Part shown: in pieces, positions 9,717 through 19,343 of the stretch
Numbering within the stretch: position 1 is the stretch's first letter
How the letters are laid out: each line of letters begins with the position of its first letter
Origin: Bacteroidia bacterium
GTDB lineage: Bacteria; Bacteroidota; Bacteroidia; Bacteroidales; GWA2-32-17
Reading direction: 5' to 3'
Length of the DNA: 64,000 bases
NCBI GenBank assembly: GCA_016218155.1
Contig: JACREQ010000069.1
Location: 95,311 to 159,310 of the forward strand
Notes under the pieces: model-generated
Database searches by the model: none
What the model saw: only the letters and a program-made list of their open reading frames with translations
Told to the model about the DNA's origin: nothing
Made by a program: the position numbers and the translations under genes

Positions 9717-10925
9717 ATGAAAGCACAATTATTTTTTACAATTTATTTTTCTGTTTATTATTTATGCTGTCAAGCTCAAAATACTTGGACACAGAAAGCA
9801 AATTTTCCGGACAATTCTTTAGTTGGCACCTTTTCTTTTTCTATAGGTAATAAGGGTTATGTAGGTGGCGGATCAGATTGTTCTGGAAATTTTTCAAATA
9901 AATTTTGGGAATATGATCCATTTTTAAATTTATGGACACAAAAGGCAAATTTTGCTGGCGGTAAAAGAGATTATGCAACTTCTGTCTCAATTCTGGGAAA
10001 GGGATATGTGGGTTTAGGAAGGGACTCAACTTACACATTGATAAATGATTGGTGGGAATATGACCCAATCTTAAATTCATGGACGCAAAAAGGTAATTTT
10101 GGCGGTGGTTCTACTTTTTATCCAGCCGTGTTTACTATCGAAAATAAAGCATATATTTGTTCAGGTACAGAAAATAATACATATACCATTTGTACTAATT
10201 CACTTTGGCAATACAATCCAATTAATGATACTTGGACTCAGAAAGCAAGTTTTCCTGCACAATCAAGACTTGGTGCATTTGCATTTGCAATAAACAAAAA
10301 AGGATACTTTGGAGGTGGCTTTTATCACAATAATCTATTGCCAGACTTTTGGGAGTATAATCCAATTCCAGACAGTTGGCAACAGAAAGCTACAATTCCA
10401 GATTCTGTTTGGATAGATGCTTGTGCTTTTTCAATTTGCGGATTTGGTTTCCTTGGCGTTGGAGAAAATCTAGAAACATCTAGTAATTTTTGGCAATATA
10501 ATCCTGTAAATGATCAATGGTCTCAAATAGCTACATTTCCTGGAACAGAAAGAGATGAATGTGCTTTTTTTGTGATTAACGAGAAAGGCTATATTGGTTT
10601 AGGAGGAGATAACTGCTTCCCATCTTATAATGATTTTTATGAATACACACCTAATTGCTTAACAGATTTATCTGAATTTTCAGATTCTAAATTGGAAATA
10701 GACTTCTACCATAATCCTACAAGTAACTTACTTAATGTTAATTTTAACAACTCTAAAAAATCAACAATTGAAATTATCAATAGTAATGGAACAACTATTT
10801 TTTCAGACCAATTCATTAATCAAGAAACAAAGCAGATAGATATTTCTAAATATGCTAAAGGTTTTTATTTTGTAATTATTAAGTCTGAGGATTTAATAAA
10901 AGTCGAAAAGTTGATAATAGAGTAG
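9717..10925 (+). CDS. Kelch-type beta-propeller protein; T9SS type-A cargo
   Basis: 402 aa with a signal peptide. There are six to seven repeats of W(T/S/Q)QKA.FP...G(Y/F)(V/I/F)G(G/L)G...(W/Y)EY(D/N/T)P. The C-terminal sorting-type tail ends in KGFYFVIIKSEDLIKVEKLIIE. Confidence 0.8.
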   Translation: MKAQLFFTIYFSVYYLCCQAQNTWTQKANFPDNSLVGTFSFSIGNKGYVGGGSDCSGNFSNKFWEYDPFLNLWTQKANFAGGKRDYATSVSILGKGYVGLGRDSTYTLINDWWEYDPILNSWTQKGNFGGGSTFYPAVFTIENKAYICSGTENNTYTICTNSLWQYNPINDTWTQKASFPAQSRLGAFAFAINKKGYFGGGFYHNNLLPDFWEYNPIPDSWQQKATIPDSVWIDACAFSICGFGFLGVGENLETSSNFWQYNPVNDQWSQIATFPGTERDECAFFVINEKGYIGLGGDNCFPSYNDFYEYTPNCLTDLSEFSDSKLEIDFYHNPTSNLLNVNFNNSKKSTIEIINSNGTTIFSDQFINQETKQIDISKYAKGFYFVIIKSEDLIKVEKLIIE

Positions 10926-10956
10926 CTTATTTTCAATGTTTCTAAATGTTTTCAAA

Positions 10957-10996
10957 CATATACAGAATAAAAATATATTCTATATATGTTTTTTTA
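10957..10996 (+). terminator. Rho-independent terminator after the Kelch gene
   Basis: 12-bp stem catatacagaat/attctatatatg with one mismatch and an 8-nt loop, followed by a run of seven T (tttttttag). Confidence 0.6.
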
Positions 10997-11024
10997 GTAT
11001 TTTTATTTACAAATATTTAATAAT

Positions 11025-14000
11025 ATGAAAAGAATAATTTTTGCAGTATTTCTGTTAATAACTGCTTCAGTTTCTTATTCTCAGTTAACAGTTACAACAG
11101 GTCTTTCTGCCCAACAATTAGCGAATATTCTTGCTGGGTATAATATTCAGGTAACAAATGCCTCTATTAGCGGAAATTCTTTACAAAAAGGAGCTTTTCA
11201 ATATACCGGAACTAATCTGGGAGTTAATTCAGGGGTAATTTTATCAAGTGGTAATGTTATGCAGGCTATTGGTCCAAATAATTCTTCTAGTGGTGCTTCT
11301 ACAGGATTTAACGGTGCTGGAAATCCTTTATTAACAAATCTTGCAGGTTACCAAACATATGATGCTGTTGTATTTCAATTCGATTTTCAGGTACAATCTG
11401 ACCAGATTGAGTTTAAATACATCTTTTTATCTGAAGAGTATAATGAATATGTTGGTATGGGTTATAATGATGTATTTGCTTTTTTTATTAGCGGACCAGG
11501 AATTACAGGTGAAGAAAATTTAGCCGTTGTACCGGGAACAACTTCACCGGTTTCAATAAATTCAATAAATACAGCTAACTACTGGCAGTTTTATCATAAT
11601 AACGAACCGCCAAATACAAACATTCAATATGATGGTTTTACAACTTTAATGACTGCAAAGAAAACAGGACTAATACCTTGTCAAACCTATAGACTAAAAT
11701 TAATGATTGCTGATGGAAGTGATGAAGTTTTAGATACCGGAGTATTACTGCAGGAAAATTCACTTGTTCAGGCTAATGTTTCAGCTACTGCAAATACATT
11801 CAGTGATAATAATACTGCACTTGAAGGTTGTGTTCAGGCAAATTTCACATTTCAGCTTGATAGTGCAATGACGCAAAATACTAGTATTCCGATTGGAATA
11901 GGAGGCTCTGCATTAAACGGAGTTGACTATTCACATGTAGATACGTTAATTGTTATTCCTGCAGGACAAACTTCTGCAACAATAATTATTGATGCCATTG
12001 CAGACGGTATTACAGAAGGTAACGAAACTATTGAAATTTATTACAGTACAGGACCATGTATGCAAAAAGACACAGTGACTTTATTTATAAACGATTATAA
12101 CCTGATTGAATTTACAACTTCTTCTGTAAACAGTTTATGTAACGGATCATCAAATGGCTCTGTAAATATTAATGTTACTGGAGGAATACCACCTTACTAC
12201 GTAACATTAACAGATAGTACAACCGGTATTTCAAGCCAGTATACAACAGTGCCAATAACAGGGTTAAATGCAGCTACTTATTATGTTAATGTTATGGATG
12301 GTTATGGTTGCGTAGCCGAAGATATTGTAAACGGTGCAATGTTTGAAGGTGGAGCGGTTTTTTTACCAGATGGGAATGGCTTTTCTTATTCTACATCGCT
12401 TAACTTATCAGGTTTTGCTCCCGGACAAACATTAACAGATATCAATCAACTTCAATCAATTTGCATTAATATGGAACACTCTTTTATGGGAGATTTGCAA
12501 ATTGTTTTACAGGCTCCTAACGGGACACAAGTAGAATTAAAACATCAGCCAGGAGGTTCTAAGACTAATTTAGGTGAACCAGTAGCTACCGGATCTAATG
12601 ACACACACAGTTGGGATACGACGCCAGGTGTAGGATATGATTATTGCTTTAACCAAAATCCAACTTATGGAACAATGGTTTCTGAAGCTAATAATTATCA
12701 ATACACATATATTACAACTCAGGGAATTTCTCAAACGGATAGTTACCTTCCCGCAGGATCTTATCAATCGCAACAGCCTTTAACAAATTTAATTGGTGTT
12801 CCCTTAAATGGAGCATGGACATTGATTGTTACAGACGAAATTCCTAATAACAACGGTTATGTATTTAACTGGAGTATTAGCTTAACAGCTGAACCACCTG
12901 ATTCTGTTGTTACAGTTTCACAACCATCTCAGCCAACAGTTACAAGTACAAACACCCTTCCTGGTTGCGGAATGAATAATGGTGCTATTAACATTACAGT
13001 AACAGGATCATCAACACCTTATACATACCAATGGAGTAACGGACCTACTACACAAGACATTTCAGGAGTACCTTCCGGAACTTATATTGTAACAATAACT
13101 GGTGCAGACAATTGTTCATATATCAGAACTTATAACTTATCTAATAACGGTACTCTTGCATTAAATGGAACAACTTTACCATCAACATGCACTGGAAGCA
13201 ATAATGGTAGTATAAATCTGACAGTATCTGGAGGTACTTTACCATTTAACTACATTTGGAATAACAGTGCTATTACCGAAGACATTACAGGATTAGCTCC
13301 AGCTAATTATACTGTTACTGTTACAGACTTTAATGGATGCAACGGAATAAAAGAATTTACAATTAACCAGTTGGCTCCAATAGATATTTCAACAAATATA
13401 ACAAATGAAAATTGTGGAGATCATGAAGGAATAATTAACCTTTCATTAACAGGTGGTTCAGGAATATATACTTACAATTGGTCAAATAATGCAACAACCG
13501 AAGATATAACAGACCTTGTACAAGGTAATTATGCTGTTACTGTTACAGATTCGAACAACTGTACTTCATCAGGCAATTTTACAGTAACAAACTATGTTGG
13601 CAATTGCATTCCAAATTGTGATATTAATATAACTAATGCCATAGTTAACAATGAAACATGCGGTAACTCAGCTGGATCAATAAACTTAACAGTGTTCACA
13701 AGTTTTTCACCTTTCACAGTTCAGTGGTCAAATACTTCAACCAATGAAGATATTTATATGTTACACGGTGGAAATTACACAGTAACTATTACCGATGCAG
13801 AATCTTGTCAGATAATAAATACTTATAATATTTTAAATCAAACAGGAACACTTAATGTTTCGGGAGTCTCTGTAACAAATGAAACATGCGGAAATAATAA
13901 CGGAGCAATAAATATTACAGTAACCGGAGGAGCACTACCAAATACTTATTTATGGTCTAATGGAAGCACCTCACAAAACTTAGTGGGAGTTCATGCAGGG

Positions 14001-17000
14001 CATTACTACGTAACAGTTACAGATGCTAATGGTTGTGCAGTATTTGCAGATGCAATAATTAACAATACAACCGGAACTTTAGTTCAAACATTTGGGAACG
14101 TTGTTAATGAAGTTTGTGGAAATCATAATGGCTCAATCGATATTCAAATATCTGGCGGAAGCGGTTCTCTAACCTATTCATGGTCAAACGGAATGTTTTC
14201 ACAAGACCTTATAAATATTGGCGCAGGAACATATTCCTGCACTATTACAGATGCAAATAATTGCAAATTATTCACACCTGCTTATACAGTCCAAAATGAA
14301 TCGGGAACAATGGTATTAGGCTATACAGATATCGACGATGAGATTTGTAATAACAATTCAGGTTTAGTTAATATTACAGTAACAGGTGGAAACATCCCAT
14401 ATACTTATCATTGGTCTAATAATGCAACAACTCAGGATTTAACAAATATTGATGCTGGATCATATTCATGTACTATAACCGATAATCTTGGTTGTGCTTT
14501 ACATACTCCGGTTTATACTGTTATAAATTCTCCCGGAACATTACAATTATCAAATGTTTCAACTATTGATGAATTGTGTAGCAATAACGGTGGTAGTATT
14601 AATCTTACTCTGGCTGGTGGCACAAGTCCCTTAACATACATTTGGAATAATAGCGTTGCATCAGAGGATCTTATTAATATTTCAGCAGGAAATTACTCTT
14701 GTACAATTAGTGATGCTAACAATTGTCAGATTACAGTAAATTCTTCAATTAACAACTTGCAAGGAACATTAAATATTTCCAATTCAATTATTACAAATGA
14801 AAGCTGTGGAAATATCAATGGTCAAATTAACATTGTTACTGGTGGAGGAACAACTCCTTATACATACTTATGGAGTTCGGGACAAACAACTGAAGATTTA
14901 TCAAACATAAGTAGTGGAAACTACATTGTAACAATTAACGATGCACAGGGTTGCAGTATTTCTCATGCTTATACAGTAAACAATATTGCAGGAACGCTGG
15001 CATTAGGAAATACTGTAATTACAAATGAAATTTGCTCAGGCATTAATGGTTCTGTTAATATTTCAGTTACAGGAACTCAAACTCCTTTCAGTTACCTCTG
15101 GAGCAACAGCTCAATTACACAAGATATCTCAGGAATAATTGCAGGTACTTATACATGTACAATTACAGACAACTTAGGTTGCAAAATAATTGCCGGACCT
15201 TATATTGTAAACAACACAGCCCCAGGAATGACCGTAACAACAAACTCAATTAGTTATGAAAATTGCGGAAACGGAACAGGAGCAATAGATATAAGTGTTT
15301 CAGGAGGGATATCTCCTTACACATACATATGGAGCAATTCATCATCAACACAGGATATTTCCGGAGTACATTCAGGAACATACACAGTAACAATTACAGA
15401 CATAAATAACTGTAAAACAATTAAGACTTTTACAATCAATAACAATTCAGGCACACTTAATATTTCGGGAGCAATAATAAATAACGAAACATGTTCAAAC
15501 GGATTAGGAACAATTAATATTACTGTTGCCGGGGGAGGTTCTCCATATACTTACCTTTGGAGTAACGGAGCTACAACTCAGAACTTATCGGGATTACATG
15601 ATGGTATTTATAAAGTTACAATTACCGATGCTTTAACTTGCTCTATTGTGTCAACTAATTATACTGTAAGTAATAGTCCAGGAACGTTTACAATTTCAAA
15701 TACTATTATAACAAATGAAATTTGTAATAACAATAATGGAAGTATTAATATAAGTATATCCGGAGCAACAATGCCTGTTTCATATATCTGGAGTAATAGT
15801 GCAATAACACAAGATATTTCAGGATTAAATTCTGGAAACTACTCCTGTACAGCAACTGATAATAATGGGTGTGAATTAGTAATTTACGAGACAGTTGGAA
15901 ATGATGCCGGAACTTTAACTTTAAACAATTCTATAGTTTCTTATGCTTCTTGTAATGCAGGAAATGGTTTTATTGATATTACAATTGCAGGTGGTACTTT
16001 ACCATATACTTTTTTATGGAGTAATGGAGCATTAACTGAAGATATATCGAATTTAAACAGTGGTACATATACCTGTTTAATTACAGACGCAGCAGGTTGT
16101 ACAATTTCTCACTCAGAAACTTTAAATACTATTGGTAATGCATTGTTAATTACAAATCCAACTATTGTTCATGAACAATGTTCACATAACGATGGGTCTA
16201 TTAATATTTCAGTTTCAGGTGGGGTGGCCCCATATACGTATATCTGGAATAACAGTCAAACTACGCAGGATATTTATAATTTATCTGCAGCTACTTATTC
16301 TGTTACTATAACAGATGTTAATAATTGTACAGTTTCAGGAATTTATAATATTTTAAACAGTAACAGTCTTTCATTTTCTAATGTTTATGTTTATAACGAT
16401 ATCTGCGGAAATAACCAGGGATATATTGAAGTCAGTATATATGGAGGAACATTCCCATATACTTATCTATGGAGTAATAATTCTACATTAGAGGACTTGT
16501 ATTATATTTCCGGCGGAACATACACTATAACAGTAACAGATGGAGTTGGATGTACACTTACTCACACATCAATTGTTAATAATAATACAAACGGATTAGC
16601 AGTTACTAATGCTGTTGTTTCAAATGATTCATGTGGATTAAATAATGGCTCAATAAATCTGACAATTAATGGAGGCACAGGTCCTTACACATACTCATGG
16701 AGTAATAATGAAATATCAGAAGATATTTCTGGTCTTTCTGGTGGAAATTATTCATGTACAATTATGGATAATACCGGCTGTAAGGTATTCTATTCTGCAA
16801 ATATTTTAAATGTAACAAATGGACTTTTAATACAAAACGCTACAATAACAAATGACACATGTAATAGTTATTTAGGTGCTGTAAACATTACTCTTACAGG
16901 GGGAAATATGCCATATCAGTATTTATGGAACAATGGTTCAGTTAATGAAGATTTAAATAATGTAACATCAGGCAATTATATTTTAACAATTACCGATAAT

Positions 17001-18443
17001 AGTGGATGTGCAATTGAATCAAGCTTTCTTGTAAATAATATTTCCAATTCTTCTTTAGGTTTTCAAAACATTTCAATATTTAATGACTATTGCGGAAACA
17101 GTCAAGGAAGCATCACATTTGACCCAGCAGGTACAGGCACTTACACATTTGAACTTAATGGTCATCAGGGAGGACAACCTATTCACGAATTTAATAATCT
17201 TATTGCTGGAAATTATTTACTCGCAATCTGGGAAGGTTCGTGTTATTATGACACAATTGTAACAGTTGGAAATAGCGGAAATTTCTCATCATCAGTAGGC
17301 TTCTATGGAAGTGAATATTGTGGTAATGGTGGCGGTTATATCGACATTAATGTTTTTCCACCGGATAATTATTCTTTTATTTGGAGTAACAATGTGTACA
17401 CAGAAGATAATTTTAATTTAAGTGCAGGAACATATTATTGTACAATTACCGACCAGACAGGCTGTCATAATTACCTTTCTGCAACTATTAATAATGCTGC
17501 AACATTTAATGTTACTACATCTGTTATTAATGAGGTGTGCGGAAATACGAACGGAAGCATAAATTTAACATTAACCGGAAATTATTTAGGTTCTACATTT
17601 ATCTGGAGTAATGGTAGTAATACTCAAAATATTTCCAATATTTCATCAGGTATTTATAATTGTACAATTACAAATTTAAATAACTGCACAGTTACAATTA
17701 GTGCAACAGTGAATAATGCAACCGGAAGTTTTGGGGTTAACTCACAGGTTAATGACGATTTTTGCGGAGAAGGGCAGGGGATGATTGCTTTAAGTACTAT
17801 TGGTGATCCTGGTCCTTATTCTTATATATGGAATACAAGTGAAACTAACGATACGTTATATAATATTCATTCAGGCACTTATTTAGTAACAGTTACTAAT
17901 ATTCCTACAGGATGTAATTATTATAATAGCTTTAATGTTGGAAATTCCGCATTGTTTTCTTTATCAGATGTCATTAATCCATCAAATTGTTTTACTTGTA
18001 ATACCGGTTCTATAGATATTACAACAATAGGCTCCAGCCCAACTTACACATATCTTTGGGGTAATGGAGCAACAAGTGAAGATTTAAATAATTTATTACC
18101 CGGAACTTATTATTTAACAGCTACTGACAATTGGGGATGTATTGTTATAGATTCCTTTGAAGTTGGTTTTTATAACATTATATACGAAGATTTTAATATC
18201 GATTACTTCAATGTATATCCTAATCCATCAAATGGAGTGTTTTATATTGATTATGATTTTGATAAAATGAATGGAAATACAATTGAAATATATGACCTTA
18301 CCGGCAAACTTGCTTTATCTCAAAAACTGATAGAATCAAAAGGGCATATTAAAATTGATCTTCAACAATATCCTAAAGGATTATATTTAATAAGAAAGAT
18401 TAATGGAAATAAGGTATTTAATTATAAAATATCTGTTAATTAA
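11025..18443 (+). CDS. Giant surface adhesin: choice-of-anchor-L domain, Calx-beta, P-domain and 24 SprB repeats; T9SS type-A cargo
   Basis: 2472 aa with a signal peptide. N-terminal choice-of-anchor-L signature: YDAVVFQFDF...FKYIFLSEEYNEYV...NDVFAFFISGPG. Calx-beta: GGSALNGVDYSHVDTLIVIPAGQTSATIIIDAIADGITEGNETIEIYY. P-domain: CINMEHSFMGDLQIVLQAPNGTQVELK...GAWTLIVTDEIPNNNGYVFNWSISL. The repeats have the form C.N.NGSINxTVxGGxxPYTYxWSNxxTTQDxSGLxxGxYxVTxTDxxGC. C-terminal tail: VYPNPSNGVFYIDY...GLYLIRK. Confidence 0.9.
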   Translation: MKRIIFAVFLLITASVSYSQLTVTTGLSAQQLANILAGYNIQVTNASISGNSLQKGAFQYTGTNLGVNSGVILSSGNVMQAIGPNNSSSGASTGFNGAGNPLLTNLAGYQTYDAVVFQFDFQVQSDQIEFKYIFLSEEYNEYVGMGYNDVFAFFISGPGITGEENLAVVPGTTSPVSINSINTANYWQFYHNNEPPNTNIQYDGFTTLMTAKKTGLIPCQTYRLKLMIADGSDEVLDTGVLLQENSLVQANVSATANTFSDNNTALEGCVQANFTFQLDSAMTQNTSIPIGIGGSALNGVDYSHVDTLIVIPAGQTSATIIIDAIADGITEGNETIEIYYSTGPCMQKDTVTLFINDYNLIEFTTSSVNSLCNGSSNGSVNINVTGGIPPYYVTLTDSTTGISSQYTTVPITGLNAATYYVNVMDGYGCVAEDIVNGAMFEGGAVFLPDGNGFSYSTSLNLSGFAPGQTLTDINQLQSICINMEHSFMGDLQIVLQAPNGTQVELKHQPGGSKTNLGEPVATGSNDTHSWDTTPGVGYDYCFNQNPTYGTMVSEANNYQYTYITTQGISQTDSYLPAGSYQSQQPLTNLIGVPLNGAWTLIVTDEIPNNNGYVFNWSISLTAEPPDSVVTVSQPSQPTVTSTNTLPGCGMNNGAINITVTGSSTPYTYQWSNGPTTQDISGVPSGTYIVTITGADNCSYIRTYNLSNNGTLALNGTTLPSTCTGSNNGSINLTVSGGTLPFNYIWNNSAITEDITGLAPANYTVTVTDFNGCNGIKEFTINQLAPIDISTNITNENCGDHEGIINLSLTGGSGIYTYNWSNNATTEDITDLVQGNYAVTVTDSNNCTSSGNFTVTNYVGNCIPNCDINITNAIVNNETCGNSAGSINLTVFTSFSPFTVQWSNTSTNEDIYMLHGGNYTVTITDAESCQIINTYNILNQTGTLNVSGVSVTNETCGNNNGAINITVTGGALPNTYLWSNGSTSQNLVGVHAGHYYVTVTDANGCAVFADAIINNTTGTLVQTFGNVVNEVCGNHNGSIDIQISGGSGSLTYSWSNGMFSQDLINIGAGTYSCTITDANNCKLFTPAYTVQNESGTMVLGYTDIDDEICNNNSGLVNITVTGGNIPYTYHWSNNATTQDLTNIDAGSYSCTITDNLGCALHTPVYTVINSPGTLQLSNVSTIDELCSNNGGSINLTLAGGTSPLTYIWNNSVASEDLINISAGNYSCTISDANNCQITVNSSINNLQGTLNISNSIITNESCGNINGQINIVTGGGTTPYTYLWSSGQTTEDLSNISSGNYIVTINDAQGCSISHAYTVNNIAGTLALGNTVITNEICSGINGSVNISVTGTQTPFSYLWSNSSITQDISGIIAGTYTCTITDNLGCKIIAGPYIVNNTAPGMTVTTNSISYENCGNGTGAIDISVSGGISPYTYIWSNSSSTQDISGVHSGTYTVTITDINNCKTIKTFTINNNSGTLNISGAIINNETCSNGLGTINITVAGGGSPYTYLWSNGATTQNLSGLHDGIYKVTITDALTCSIVSTNYTVSNSPGTFTISNTIITNEICNNNNGSINISISGATMPVSYIWSNSAITQDISGLNSGNYSCTATDNNGCELVIYETVGNDAGTLTLNNSIVSYASCNAGNGFIDITIAGGTLPYTFLWSNGALTEDISNLNSGTYTCLITDAAGCTISHSETLNTIGNALLITNPTIVHEQCSHNDGSINISVSGGVAPYTYIWNNSQTTQDIYNLSAATYSVTITDVNNCTVSGIYNILNSNSLSFSNVYVYNDICGNNQGYIEVSIYGGTFPYTYLWSNNSTLEDLYYISGGTYTITVTDGVGCTLTHTSIVNNNTNGLAVTNAVVSNDSCGLNNGSINLTINGGTGPYTYSWSNNEISEDISGLSGGNYSCTIMDNTGCKVFYSANILNVTNGLLIQNATITNDTCNSYLGAVNITLTGGNMPYQYLWNNGSVNEDLNNVTSGNYILTITDNSGCAIESSFLVNNISNSSLGFQNISIFNDYCGNSQGSITFDPAGTGTYTFELNGHQGGQPIHEFNNLIAGNYLLAIWEGSCYYDTIVTVGNSGNFSSSVGFYGSEYCGNGGGYIDINVFPPDNYSFIWSNNVYTEDNFNLSAGTYYCTITDQTGCHNYLSATINNAATFNVTTSVINEVCGNTNGSINLTLTGNYLGSTFIWSNGSNTQNISNISSGIYNCTITNLNNCTVTISATVNNATGSFGVNSQVNDDFCGEGQGMIALSTIGDPGPYSYIWNTSETNDTLYNIHSGTYLVTVTNIPTGCNYYNSFNVGNSALFSLSDVINPSNCFTCNTGSIDITTIGSSPTYTYLWGNGATSEDLNNLLPGTYYLTATDNWGCIVIDSFEVGFYNIIYEDFNIDYFNVYPNPSNGVFYIDYDFDKMNGNTIEIYDLTGKLALSQKLIESKGHIKIDLQQYPKGLYLIRKINGNKVFNYKISVN
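12950..18170 (+). repeat. Array of 23 consecutive diverged SprB-type coding repeats (about 75 codons each)
   Basis: I counted the W(S/N/G)N...TxTD..GC units in the translated ORF. A 24th unit lies upstream at about 12130-12325, before the P-domain. The units are diverged rather than identical, by eye roughly half the residues are shared. Confidence 0.8.
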
Positions 18444-18465
18444 AAATTAAACAACAAAATGAAAG

Positions 18466-18493
18466 GAGGGTTAAATACCCTCTTTTCTTTTTT
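18466..18493 (+). terminator. Rho-independent terminator after the giant adhesin gene
   Basis: Hairpin gagggt-taaat-accctc followed by ttttctttttt. Confidence 0.7.
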
Positions 18494-18500
18494 ATAAATT

Positions 18501-19118
18501 TTATTTCCCTTTTCTCCACCTCATAATAGAAGTAATTCCCTGCTTTTTCAAAAGGCTTTGATGAACGGGAAAAACACCTTCACTCACATATTTTAAATCT
18601 TCAACAGAATAGAATGCCTTTGGATTGTGAATTTGAATTAACTCAACAACTTTAGGTAAATCGGCTCTATGAATAGAAGTGAAAATAACATCAACTTTAC
18701 CAATAGCACCTTCGGCAGGAATTGTTGTTATACCAATTTCAGCTTCACGTAATGCATTTTTTAAATCAAAAGCATCTTTGGGAGTAATAATTCTTACAAC
18801 AACATAGCCCATTGCAAGCTTTTCTTCAATCCACATTCCAACATAATTACCTGTTGCAAAACCGGCAGCATATCCAATATAACATGGTAAATTGCTTGCA
18901 TTCTGCATTATTTTCCCAATAACAATTATCCAAATAAATACTTCAAAAAAACCAAGAATGGGAGCGATGTTCTTTTTTCCACGAGAAACAAAAATAATTC
19001 TTAGTGTACCAATTGACACATCGCAAATTCTTGCTGCAAAAATCATTAATGGAAGCACTATATAATTGAAAACGTCTGTATTGTAAAATTCTGTGTTCAT
19101 AAAATTCATTTTTTGCAA
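18501..19118 (-). CDS. UPF0316/DUF2179 family membrane protein
   Basis: 205 aa. CDVSIGTLRIIFVSRGKK...GFFEVFIWIIVIG...GNYVGMWIEEKLAMGYVVVRIITP resembles the UPF0316 family: an N-terminal membrane part plus a C-terminal DUF2179 domain. Confidence 0.75.
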   Translation of the reverse strand: MQKMNFMNTEFYNTDVFNYIVLPLMIFAARICDVSIGTLRIIFVSRGKKNIAPILGFFEVFIWIIVIGKIMQNASNLPCYIGYAAGFATGNYVGMWIEEKLAMGYVVVRIITPKDAFDLKNALREAEIGITTIPAEGAIGKVDVIFTSIHRADLPKVVELIQIHNPKAFYSVEDLKYVSEGVFPVHQSLLKKQGITSIMRWRKGK

Positions 19119-19139
19119 AATTACGTTTTTTATAAATAC

Positions 19140-19172
19140 TTGTCATTCTGAACGAAGTGAAGAATCTATATT
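19140..19172. repeat. Short dispersed intergenic repeat, copy A (ttgtcattctgaacgaagtgaagaatctata)
   Basis: Related to copies at 20933-20970, 47548-47589 and 47615-47645. The shared core is GTCATyC.GA.C..AG.GA.GAATCT. Confidence 0.6.
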
Positions 19173-19317
19173 TTTGACAAATATATAGTTAGCTTTGCTA
19201 AGTTTGACTTTTAAGATGTCTAGTATTTGGATTATACTTAAATAACTAAGCTTTTATAAAGTTTGATTTATTAAAACTTAAAGTATCATTCATTTTTTAA
19301 AGTCTTCAGAAATAGAT

Positions 19318-19325
19318 TACTTTTG
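19318..19325 (+). promoter_or_regulatory. Candidate -7 promoter box (TACTTTTG) for prfC
   Basis: Matches TAnnTTTG and lies 18 nt upstream of the ATG at 19344. Confidence 0.4.
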
Positions 19326-19343
19326 CAAATTATTTAAAAATTG

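Noticed and set aside
12950-18170. A regular periodicity of roughly 225-230 bp that could be mistaken for a CRISPR-like or satellite array
   Set aside because: The region is one uninterrupted 2472-codon ORF. The periodicity is the about 75-aa SprB protein repeat. The units are diverged at DNA level and there is no repeat-spacer structure.
19341-19343. The TTG start codons used by the ORF track for prfC (19341) and the MOT transporter (39301)
   Set aside because: An ATG follows 1 codon later for prfC and 2 codons later for the transporter. For the transporter the TTG also directly abuts the T-run of the riboswitch terminator. I used the ATGs at 19344 and 39307.
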